NCBI GenBank assembly: GCA_963700635.1
Contig: CAVOYH010000005.1
Span: forward strand, 224,001 to 288,000
Length of the DNA stretch: 64,000 nucleotides
Reading direction: 5' to 3'
DNA from: an uncultured Bacteroidota bacterium
GTDB taxonomy: Bacteria > Bacteroidota > Ignavibacteria > UBA10030 > UBA6906
In this document: one piece after another, positions 51,287-60,600 of the stretch
Numbering within the stretch: the stretch's first letter is position 1
How the letters are laid out: each line of letters begins with the position of its first letter
Notes under the pieces: model-generated
What the model saw: only the letters and a program-made list of their open reading frames with translations
Databases searched by the model: none
Told to the model about the DNA's origin: nothing
Position numbers and translations under genes: made by a program

Positions 51287-51673
51287 ATGGCAAAGGTTCC
51301 AATGACTCCACCCGCAGATCCCGCCCCTCCACCGGTCAACCGTGACCAGAATACGTGGGCGATGCTCTGCCATTTGAGCGCACTCGCAGGGTTTATCATC
51401 CCGTTGGGGAACATCCTGGGTCCCCTGGTGATCTGGTTGATCAAAAAAGATGAGTACCCTCTGGTAGCAGACCAGGGGAAAGAGGCCTTAAATTTCCAGA
51501 TCAGCATGACGTTATATTACATTGTATCGGCCATCCTGATCCTCATCTTGATTGGCCTTGTGCTGCTTGTCGGACTTGCCCTGTTCAGCCTTATCGTAAC
51601 GATCATTGCAATGGTCAAGGCCAATGAAGGCGTAGCGTACCGATATCCGTTGTGCATCAGGTTTATCAAGTAG
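51287..51673 (+). CDS. DUF4870 domain membrane protein
   Basis: WAMLCHLS, GPLVIW, GKEALNFQIS, YRYP. Confidence 0.93.
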   Translation: MAKVPMTPPADPAPPPVNRDQNTWAMLCHLSALAGFIIPLGNILGPLVIWLIKKDEYPLVADQGKEALNFQISMTLYYIVSAILILILIGLVLLVGLALFSLIVTIIAMVKANEGVAYRYPLCIRFIK

Positions 51674-51693
51674 AAGGTGGTGTACCTTTGCGT

Positions 51694-52662
51694 ATGAATA
51701 CCCGATTTCAACTGGCCCAACTGCCAACTCCGCTTGAGCCTTTGCCCCGGTTGAGTGCGCATCTGGGCGGTCCGTCACTGTTTATCAAGCGTGACGATCA
51801 GACAGGGCTTGCGCTCGGCGGCAACAAAACGCGGAAGCTGGAGTTCCTGATCGCGGATGCGCTGGCTCAGAAAGCGGATGTGATCCTGACAGCGGGTGCG
51901 GCGCAGTCAAACCATTGCCGTCAGACTGCCGCGGCAGCAGTGCGGGCCGGGCTTCCGTGTGCTCTGATACTTGGCGGACCCCCGCCGGTATCTTCGAATG
52001 GAAATCTGCTCCTGGATCAGCTTCTGGGAGCAGAAATCCACTGGACTGATCGGGACCGGCGGGTGGAGCGGATGGACGAGGTTGCCGCTGCCTACCGGAA
52101 GAAGGGAAAAAAACCGTATGTCATACCGTACGGTGGGTCAAATGGAATTGGCGCGCAGGGATACGTGCTGGCTATGCAGGAGGTGATGTCGCAGATCAAG
52201 GCAATGAAGATCCAGCCGGAGACGATCATTGTTGCGTCCAGTTCGGGTGGCACGCAGGCGGGTCTGGTTCTGGGGGCGAAACTGCATGGTTATGCCGGCG
52301 CGATTCTCGGTATCAGCATTGACAAGGGTGAACGTGGTCCGGAGCGATACGAAGATGAACTTGCGGCAATCGCAAATGCCACTGCCGGTGCCATGGAGGT
52401 TGACCTGCGCCTGAAGGCGGAGGATTTTCTGGTGGATTACGGATATCTCGGCGGGGGATATGGCATAGTGGGTGATCTTGAACGTGAGGCGATTCTGCTG
52501 ATGGCCCGTCATGAGGGGATCATACTGGACCCGGTGTATACGGGGAGAGCGTTCGGGGCGGTGGCGAAGAACATGAAGGGTGGTCGGTGGGGAACCACTC
52601 TCTTCTGGCACACCGGGGGAGCGCCTGCGGTGTTTGCGTATGACCGGGAGCTGGGGGGATAG
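51694..52662 (+). CDS. D-cysteine desulfhydrase / ACC deaminase family PLP enzyme
   Basis: KRDD, GGNKTRKLE, QSNH, LDPVYTG, WHTGG. Confidence 0.93.
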   Translation: MNTRFQLAQLPTPLEPLPRLSAHLGGPSLFIKRDDQTGLALGGNKTRKLEFLIADALAQKADVILTAGAAQSNHCRQTAAAAVRAGLPCALILGGPPPVSSNGNLLLDQLLGAEIHWTDRDRRVERMDEVAAAYRKKGKKPYVIPYGGSNGIGAQGYVLAMQEVMSQIKAMKIQPETIIVASSSGGTQAGLVLGAKLHGYAGAILGISIDKGERGPERYEDELAAIANATAGAMEVDLRLKAEDFLVDYGYLGGGYGIVGDLEREAILLMARHEGIILDPVYTGRAFGAVAKNMKGGRWGTTLFWHTGGAPAVFAYDRELGG

Positions 52663-52698
52663 GTGAGGGGATAAGGCAAGACGGGCATGTGGGTTGCG

Positions 52699-52727
52699 TT
52701 GCAGGATAGCCCGGATTTGGCTATATT
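52699..52727 (+). promoter_or_regulatory. sigma70-type promoter of tRNA-Ser
   Basis: TTGCAG-17 nt-TATATT, 10 nt before the tRNA. Confidence 0.65.
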
Positions 52728-52737
52728 GACGTTCCCT

Positions 52738-52824
52738 GGAGAGGTGGCCGAGTGGTTGAAGGCGCCGGTCTCGAAAACCGGTATACCGCTTGCGGTATCC
52801 AGGGTTCGAATCCCTGCCTCTCCG
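52738..52824 (+). tRNA. tRNA-Ser(CGA)
   Basis: GGAGAGG/CCTCTCC acceptor, CCGGT-CTCGAAA-ACCGG arm, long variable arm. Confidence 0.97.
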
Positions 52825-53004
52825 CATTCAGTGTGTTTTCGACAGTTTTGTCCTTTCGGGATTAAAAACACGTGCATGAAGAGAGGTGAGAATAGCGACT
52901 TAATCACACAGTAGGTCTTCAAACGTCGATGTCATAGTCTCAATTCATCTAGGCCGGAAATCTCCTATTCGACATCATCCAGCACAGTAGCTCAGGGACG
53001 AATT

Positions 53005-53802
53005 ATGAGCTGTGACGCCTCGATCAATCCCTTTGTGCTCTCCCCGCAGGGAACTCGACGCTTCAGCTTTCGCCCCATCTCCGCTTTGCTTCTCTCTGCG
53101 TTGTTTTTAACGCAACTCCCAAGCTGTCACAATCCCACAGAACCGCCACCCGATGTCCCGCCCGAATTTATCTCCAGAGGCATCCTACCATTGAAAGTGG
53201 GTTACTACTGGCAATATGATCGATATGCACTCACCGATAGTGGAACGACCGCCGGCAAGATCGGTTCGATCGGATTCAAGATCTCAGGTCGGTCGGTCAG
53301 TGCATCGCCGCAATACGGCGATACAGTTCTGCACTGGGTCCCCTACGATCCACAAACTGGTCAAACGGGCTATGTTGAGTGGTTCTATCGCAATTATTCG
53401 GACGGGCTTTACATTATGGGTGGTCGCGCTCCTACGGATTCGGTTTACACAAAGCTCCAATTGTTGAAATATCCGGTGCGAAAGGGAGACGCATGGACTC
53501 GGCCGCATCTGATATTCCATATTCTAGATCAGAAGTTCTCGATCCCAGACTCTCTATCATATGCATGTATCGACACGAACGCTCTTTTTGAAACGCCGCT
53601 CGGGACATTTGCGTGTATCGTATACAATCACATGGAACCAATAGAGGAGATTCCTGGGAAGGAATACGACATTCTGGAATTCTACTCGCGAACAATCGGG
53701 AAGGTTGGAGAGATCCGGCACATCTATAGCACTTCCACGCACGATCGGTTTCCAATCCAGAAAGACGTATTGGTCAGCACTAATGTTGAGGCCACGGACT
53801 AA
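53005..53802 (+). CDS. Hypothetical lipoprotein
   Basis: Lipobox-like LPSC followed by NPTEPP; PLKVGYYWQY; ETPLGTF. Confidence 0.75.
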   Translation: MSCDASINPFVLSPQGTRRFSFRPISALLLSALFLTQLPSCHNPTEPPPDVPPEFISRGILPLKVGYYWQYDRYALTDSGTTAGKIGSIGFKISGRSVSASPQYGDTVLHWVPYDPQTGQTGYVEWFYRNYSDGLYIMGGRAPTDSVYTKLQLLKYPVRKGDAWTRPHLIFHILDQKFSIPDSLSYACIDTNALFETPLGTFACIVYNHMEPIEEIPGKEYDILEFYSRTIGKVGEIRHIYSTSTHDRFPIQKDVLVSTNVEATD

Positions 53803-54436
53803 GGATCACCGCTCATAGAGGAAGCCGCAGGTAGTCATCACACCGTGGAGTTTGTGCTATACGGTCGCGGTGTATCGAAACAACCTGCTGGTCAAGACGA
53901 CATACTATGAGGTTGTTACAGACGGATCCATGGGTGCTTCTTCTCTCTGTCTCACCCTGGATGGCAATCGGGAGTATTCGTTTGGCGTTGACAACCGATT
54001 GATGGGCTTTGACAGCCGGCCGGTCGACGGCCAGGCCGAGCTGTACATCAGAAGCTGGTGAGCTGAAAGAAAAGGCCTACGCTTTGCCGCTGACCAGCGC
54101 TTCGAAGACCGGACCATGACGAGTGAAGAAGAAGTGAGCCGTGCCTGGAGGAAGTCCCGGATTGTATCCTCCACCATCCCATCCGCGTATTTTGAGTCAG
54201 CGCAGAACATCCCCCCCCCCAGCTTCCATTCTCCTGAAGTACCACTCGCCCCACGTTTTATTCCGATAATCTGATTGGCTCTGTACGATTGTTGCCGAAT
54301 TTCCGGCCATGACCCCGATTGGCCGGAATTACGGCAGGGTGACAGCGGCATGGAATCTCAAGGGGAACAGAGCCTGAACAGCTGGCGTTATACGGAGTAT
54401 AACTCTACCCATCAAAACACATCGGAGCATGTCCTC

Positions 54437-55222
54437 ATGAATACTCGATATAACGCGGCATTGATCGTGCTGCTACTATGGGCAGTGGGAAGCCAGGCTC
54501 AAACGTTCACGCCATCTCGTTTTGCAGGCACCTGGATGGGAAGCTGGATCAACCAGACGTTTAACAGCAACGGACCGGCGAAGCTCGTCGTAACAGTGAA
54601 TCCGGCCGATTCGACAATGCTGCTGATGCTCGACCTCGACGGGTTTGTCGGAGGAATGTTGGACCCGCCGGCATGGTTCGCAACGGGGAAGTACGACAAC
54701 ACCGGCATGCGCCTGGATTCCGTTGCTACGGAAGGCACCCTGTCGCTCCGATGGAAAAGCAACGACAGTGTCATGTGGTCTTTCACCAATATGACTTCCC
54801 CGGGATTTTCCTCTCAGACCGGGGCGGGAATGAGTACTGCTGATTCGATCTCCCTCGACTACACCGTATTCTTCTCGCCGGCGGGAAGCGCAACGGGGAT
54901 CACAAAACTCACAAAGGTCTCTACAACCTCCGCACAGGACCCAACGATGGGTTTGCCATCCGGTTATGCCCTGTACGATAATTACCCGAATCCATTTAAT
55001 CCATCCACGAACATCAGGTTCCTGACTCCGGATAACGACCGGGTGCGTATTACGGTCCATGCCCTGTCAGGAGAAATCGTAGCGGTGCTCACCGACGGGC
55101 GTTTTGAAGCGGGTATGCATTCAGTGGTGTTCGACGGCACGGGGCTCTCCACCGGTGTGTACTTCTATCGCATGGCGACGCCCACGTTCAGCGCGACACG
55201 GAAGATGGCATTCGTGAAGTAG
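54437..55222 (+). CDS. Secreted protein with T9SS type A sorting domain
   Basis: Signal peptide; NYPNPFNPST...GLSTGVYFYR...KMAFVK; GGAG SD. Confidence 0.88.
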   Translation: MNTRYNAALIVLLLWAVGSQAQTFTPSRFAGTWMGSWINQTFNSNGPAKLVVTVNPADSTMLLMLDLDGFVGGMLDPPAWFATGKYDNTGMRLDSVATEGTLSLRWKSNDSVMWSFTNMTSPGFSSQTGAGMSTADSISLDYTVFFSPAGSATGITKLTKVSTTSAQDPTMGLPSGYALYDNYPNPFNPSTNIRFLTPDNDRVRITVHALSGEIVAVLTDGRFEAGMHSVVFDGTGLSTGVYFYRMATPTFSATRKMAFVK

Positions 55223-55225
55223 ATC

Positions 55226-56146
55226 TCATGCGCTGTTCATGCGCACGACGTCAGTGATGCCGGCGATCGTATCGAATGAATCGTCGCGGAAAAAGCCGGC
55301 GATCAAACGGATCGTCACCCCGGTCTGTTCGAGATGGAAGAGGTGGTCGGCATTCCGGATGGTGGTGAACAATGAGTGTGGATGAAGGGCTGCGACGGCC
55401 CTTCCGGATGCCGGGGGGGTGAAGGTATCGAATTCCCCCGCAACGATGAGGATCCTGATGGAGGGATCGAGACCAATTTCCATCTCCGGATGATCCAGCA
55501 GGTGTTGCGCATTGACGAGGTAGTGAAAATGGTGGTCTTCAGGCAGCCGGACAAGTTGATTATACAGAAGGCGGCGCACGATAGGGAAACGTGGTATACG
55601 CTCTCTCTTGTTGCCGTTTTGAAGGAGACCGCACACGGTTTCGGCAAAAGCCTGCATGTTTCGGTTGCGCAGGTGGTCCATGCCGCACCGGATGGTTGCC
55701 CGGCTCTCGGGGGAAAGTGAGCGCGTCACACCGGCGAGCATCAGATGGCGCACGTGACGCGGATATTCCCGGGCAAATGCGTAACCAATTGCCGCGCCGT
55801 AAGAGGCGGAGATAACATCAATCTTCGCAACCCCTTCCCGCTCGAGGATCGCTGCGGCACACCGGGCGAGTTGCTTCAGGTCAAACCTGCCGGCTGGTAT
55901 GGGATCGGCGTCACCCGCCCCGGGGAGATCTGCAATAATAACCGGAGCTTCCCGGGCAAAGTGGTGAACATACTTGACCCAGGAGTCCATCGTCTGGAGG
56001 AAGCCGTTGAGTATGAACACGGCAGGACGCTGCGAACCAGGTGCATCAAAACGCCTGTACAGGAACCGGAACCCTTCGGCGTTGATAACCCGCGTTAGCC
56101 CATCGTTGAGTTGCATAGTTCCTCCTGCCGTATCCCCTGCCTCCAT
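55226..56146 (-). CDS. Alpha/beta hydrolase, RhlA/PhaG-like
   Basis: ILNGFLQ, DLPGAG, nucleophile ISASYG, GEFDTFT, DHLFHLE. Confidence 0.85.
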   Translation of the reverse strand: MEAGDTAGGTMQLNDGLTRVINAEGFRFLYRRFDAPGSQRPAVFILNGFLQTMDSWVKYVHHFAREAPVIIADLPGAGDADPIPAGRFDLKQLARCAAAILEREGVAKIDVISASYGAAIGYAFAREYPRHVRHLMLAGVTRSLSPESRATIRCGMDHLRNRNMQAFAETVCGLLQNGNKRERIPRFPIVRRLLYNQLVRLPEDHHFHYLVNAQHLLDHPEMEIGLDPSIRILIVAGEFDTFTPPASGRAVAALHPHSLFTTIRNADHLFHLEQTGVTIRLIAGFFRDDSFDTIAGITDVVRMNSA

Positions 56147-56299
56147 ACCGTTTGGAGAACACCATTGTAGGCGCCACGGGTTTCAGGGGACCAATTGAAA
56201 AATATAAAACAGATTGAACACAAGCCAGGGCGCGGGACCAGGGGAATGCCACAGGGAAGGGTGGTATCGAACACCCTTCAAGGGAGCACCACCCGGGGG

Positions 56300-56358
56300 G
56301 ATCAAAAAAGGGGGAGAGGGACCGCACGCCCAGTGCCGGCCTCTCTCCCTCTTGGATC
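56300..56358 (-). terminator. Intrinsic terminator
   Basis: Long GC-rich imperfect stem followed by T6 on the minus strand. Confidence 0.65.
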
Positions 56359-56499
56359 TATGGTATGCCCAAAACGTTGGTATTGGCGCAACACGGACCG
56401 GGGATTACCATTTGAGATTCTCCCACCGTGATCGCCCCTCAACACCTACGAATCGCCCAGGTTCATCACCAGGGTAGGTGCATCGTGACGGAGATTCCG

Positions 56500-56946
56500 T
56501 TACTTCCGCAGTTTTGGATGGTCAGAGTAGATTTCATCGGCATGATTTGAAAAGTACTTGCCGATCATCTGATTGTATTGCCTGCGTGCGGCCTGATCTG
56601 CCCAATACTTCTCAAAGAGCTCGTCATCCTTCTTGCCGGCTGCCTCGATGCTTGCCCAGTCTTTGTACTCGTTTATAAAAACCATATCCAGACTGTTGGC
56701 GCCGTAGTAATGCCGCATGACTCTTTGGCTCAGAATGAGAGGATTCTTCATTGTGACCTGCTCGTGATAGAGCAGCAACAGCGAATCACGCTCTGCCATT
56801 CTCCCACCGTCAGGCATCCGCATGTGTTGTGTTGACGAGACGTAAATGTTCGTGGGCGCGGGTGCCTGTTCTTGCGCAGGGGCCGGGCTGGCCAGGAGCA
56901 TGAGTGCTGCGCTTGCGAGCGCCAGGGGGATTGAAAGGTTCTTCAT
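56500..56946 (-). CDS. Secreted hypothetical protein
   Basis: GAGG SD, Sec signal peptide, HADEIY C-terminus. Confidence 0.8.
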   Translation of the reverse strand: MKNLSIPLALASAALMLLASPAPAQEQAPAPTNIYVSSTQHMRMPDGGRMAERDSLLLLYHEQVTMKNPLILSQRVMRHYYGANSLDMVFINEYKDWASIEAAGKKDDELFEKYWADQAARRQYNQMIGKYFSNHADEIYSDHPKLRK

Positions 56947-57035
56947 ATGTGCCTCTTTGTAATGAGTGATTGTTATGTTGCTATTGTGCCTAATTGTTTT
57001 CACGTGCCGAAACCCGAGCGCGCCCGGCCGGGCCA

Positions 57036-57524
57036 CTAGTGCCCGCTCAGCCACTGCTCGAAGCTTGTGTTGATTTCGCCCTCGCGATAAGTCCAGTCGG
57101 GTCGTAGGCGCAATCCGCTGTGGTCTCTCCAGATAAAATCAATCGCCTCGGCCGACTCGTGTGCATCGCTAACGCGAAGTACGTGTAACGGTTTGTTCTG
57201 GACCACCGTCTCTCTTACTTCACACGTTATTTTCTGGTGCAGCAACGCATTGCGGATGATGTCCGCCTGACGGGGATCAAATGTCGCCCAGACGCTGCCG
57301 TCAGAACCTGTCGGATACCCTTTGGGGTCAAGGTCAAGGCCGCTGACTGAATGGAGCTTTTGCACTTTTGCCACCTCCATGTTCATCAACGCAATCGCGG
57401 GATTACTCGCATGCGTGATTCCATCAGTTTGGTGTGCTCTCGAGGTGTGGGTCCAGGATCTTACGCGTGAACTCTTAGCCAAGCTCGCAAAAAATATGAG
57501 AATATTCTTGTAGTTATCACGCAT
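57036..57524 (-). CDS. Hypothetical protein (true start probably near 57386)
   Basis: Globular-looking C-terminal 110 aa (WATFDPRQA...LRLRPDW); same strand as neighbours. Confidence 0.65.
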   Translation of the reverse strand: MRDNYKNILIFFASLAKSSRVRSWTHTSRAHQTDGITHASNPAIALMNMEVAKVQKLHSVSGLDLDPKGYPTGSDGSVWATFDPRQADIIRNALLHQKITCEVRETVVQNKPLHVLRVSDAHESAEAIDFIWRDHSGLRLRPDWTYREGEINTSFEQWLSGH

Positions 57525-57623
57525 TTGTCAGGATATTTGGGTCAGATTCGAGGAATCTACGAAGCAAGGTTAAGGCTGGGGGGCAGGTCAAGGGTGAGAA
57601 GTACGTGGATTTGGCTCTAAAGC

Positions 57624-60600
57624 CTATGGCTTCCGGTACGCTGAGGGGGTCTGGCCGAACTGCTTTTTGAACGCCCGGGAAAAATGGGCCTGGTCGGAGA
57701 AGCCGAGTCTGTACGATATCTCGGCCACCGAGCCGGCGTTCTGCTTGAGAAGGTCCGCTGCACGCTGCAGGCGCAGGGAACGGATGAGCTCGCCAGAGGG
57801 TTGCCCAACCAGAGCGTTCAGCTTCCGGTTCAGTTGAGAAATACTCATGCTCGCATCCCGCGCCAGCTCTTCCACTCCGAACTTCTCATCTTCAAAATGG
57901 GCCTCGATGCACTTGATGACCCTTTCGAGAAACGCCTTGTCGATTGATGTGGCGGCGATCTCGGAGGGTTTGATGATCGTTGCCGTGCTGTACCGTTTTC
58001 GCAACTCCTCGCGCCGTGCGATGAGGTTCCTGACCTGGGCCCGCAACTCTTTCGCGCTGAACGGCTTTGTCAGGTAGAGGTCAACGCCCCGTTCGAGGCC
58101 TTCAATCCTGTCGTCCAGTCCGGCCCGCGCAGTTAGCATGACAACCGGGATGTGGCTCGTCTTTGTGTCACCGCGGATCAGTCTGGTGAACTCGTAACCA
58201 TCAACACCCGGCATCATCAGGTCTGTGACGATAAGGTCTGGAATTCCCTCCTGTGCTTTCGCCACGCCGTCTGAACCGTTCACCGCTTCGACGATCGTGT
58301 AGAGGTCTTCGAGCTGTTCCCGGATGTACGCGCAGACATCTGCATTGTCCTCCACAATCAGGATCACTTCACCGCTGCTGGCATCGCCGGGGAGGTGTGC
58401 GGCGCCTTCCTGCTCATCAGGAGGAACTCCCGGCACCGCTACGGCCCCCGATGAGACCGCAGGCGCTTCACCAGCATGTGTTGCCTGAAGTTTCGGAAGA
58501 CGAACAACAAATGTTGTCCCAACCCCCTCCTCGCTCGTGACGGTAATCGATCCACCATGTAATTCCACAAGTTCTTTTGCCAGTGCAAGACCGATTCCGG
58601 TCCCTTCGTGGACCGTGGTTCCGGCATTCCCGGCCTGATAGAACCGGTCAAAGATATGAGGGATCTCACGTTGAGAAATGCCGATGCCGGAGTCGCGCAC
58701 GACTATCTGGACGAAATCTCCGCCCGGCGGCGTCACCTCCACGCGTATTGTGATCTTCCCGCCACGAGGGGTGAATTTTAAAGCGTTGGAGAGCAGATTG
58801 TAGAAGATCTTCTCCATCTTGTCCTGTTCGAATACGACGAGTATCCTGTCCGCTTCAGACTCGAACGTCAGCGCTATAGCACGTTGTTGTGCAAGCGATT
58901 CGAAGGCGGATGCGATATTTTTAAGGAATGACACCACATTCTGCGACTCTGCCCGGAGTTCCATCCCGCCCGCTTCGATCTTGGATAGGTCCAGCAGCTG
59001 GTTGATGAGATTCAAGAGCCGTCCTGCATTCCTGAGCGCGACCTGGAGTTTCCCTTTTTCTTTCGGGTCAATCCCGGAGGACATCACACTGTCAATCTGC
59101 CCCAGGATGAGTGTCAGCGGTGTGCGGAACTCGTGCGAAATGTTTGCGAAAAACCTGGACTTTACCTGGTCCAGCTTCTTCAGGTTTTTTGCGTCTAATT
59201 GCTCGATCTGCAGTTGGTTCTTCAGTCGGAGACGGTTCATCTCATACCGGCGTAGCGAATAGAGAAGCGCGACCACCAAAAACGCGTAGAGTCCGTACGC
59301 CCACCAGGTTCTCCATGCGGATGGCCGCATCGTCACTGCGAGGGAGGTCCCCACCTCATTCCAGACACCATCGTTGTTTGAGCCTTTCACACGAAAGACA
59401 TATTCCCCCGGAGGAAGATTGGTGTAGGTTACCGAGCGGTTCTTTCCCGCGTAAACCCAGTCCGGGTTGAATGGTTCCAGTATGTATGAATACTGGTTTT
59501 TTTCGGGCGACGAGAATGCAAGCGCAGCGAATTCGAACGTGATACTATTCACGCCCGGACCAAGGGTGACGGACGTAGTTTCTGTGATGTGCTTTGTAAG
59601 GACGGGGTTTGTGTCCCTGGTGGATATCTCACGGTTATCGAGCTTCAGCCCGGTCAGGACAATCTGCGGAATGTGTATGTTGTCTTTGACGGAATCCGGA
59701 TGGAAATAGTTGAGACCGTTGATGCCACCGAAGAACATCTCGCCGCTGGAGCTCCGGAAGTATGCTCCCGTATTGAATTCATTGCTCTGCAACCCGTCCC
59801 GTACATCGAAGTTCCTGAAGGTCCCAAGCTCGGCGTCGAAACGGGACAGCCCCTTGTTTGTGCTCAACCACAAACGGCCCCTGTTGTCAGGGAGTATACC
59901 GTACACGACGTTGTTCGGCAATCCATCCGCGTCGGTAAAATGGGTGAAATGGCCCGTCGCCCTGTCGAGACGATTCAGCCCTCCACCCGCGGTCCCGATC
60001 CAGAGCACGCTGTCAGGCTTCCGGGGATCGGGGCAGATAGACTTTACCCAGTTGTTGCTGATGCTTGCTTTATCGTGCGGGATGGTCCGAAATTCTACAA
60101 ACGTCCCGGTGCCCGGGCTGAACCGGAGTAATCCGTCTTCTGTCCCGATCCAGATCTGCCCCTGGCGATCTTGCCAGAGCACCGGCCGGGGCTGCTCCTT
60201 GGGAGGCGTGCGACGATACCGTACATGTTTGAATCGGCCTTCCTCGGCATTGACGAGTTTGCTGAGGTAATTGGCCGTCATGACCCAGATTGTGCCGCTA
60301 CGATCTTCAAAAACCGTCCTGACTTCTTTTTCGCGGAGACTTGAAGAATCTGCGGGATCAGAAACGTATTGACGGGTACTCCCTGTTCGGGGAGAATACC
60401 GGAACAGTCCCTGTGAAGTGGCAAACCACATCTCGCCCGTCGGGGACTGGATCATTGACCAGCTCCCGGTGTTCCCGAAGTCGTCGGGCCGGTCGGAGGT
60501 CGTCTCGAAACTTTTCCACTTCCCGGTTTTGCGGGTCCATTTGTACAGGACGTCAGTGCTCATCCATACATCGCCCGCCAGGTCTTCCAGAACAGACCGG

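Noticed and set aside
34616-52824. Two inverted tRNA-Ser genes bracketing the glycan locus as a possible inversion
   Set aside because: Different isoacceptors with short shared stretches and no recombinase
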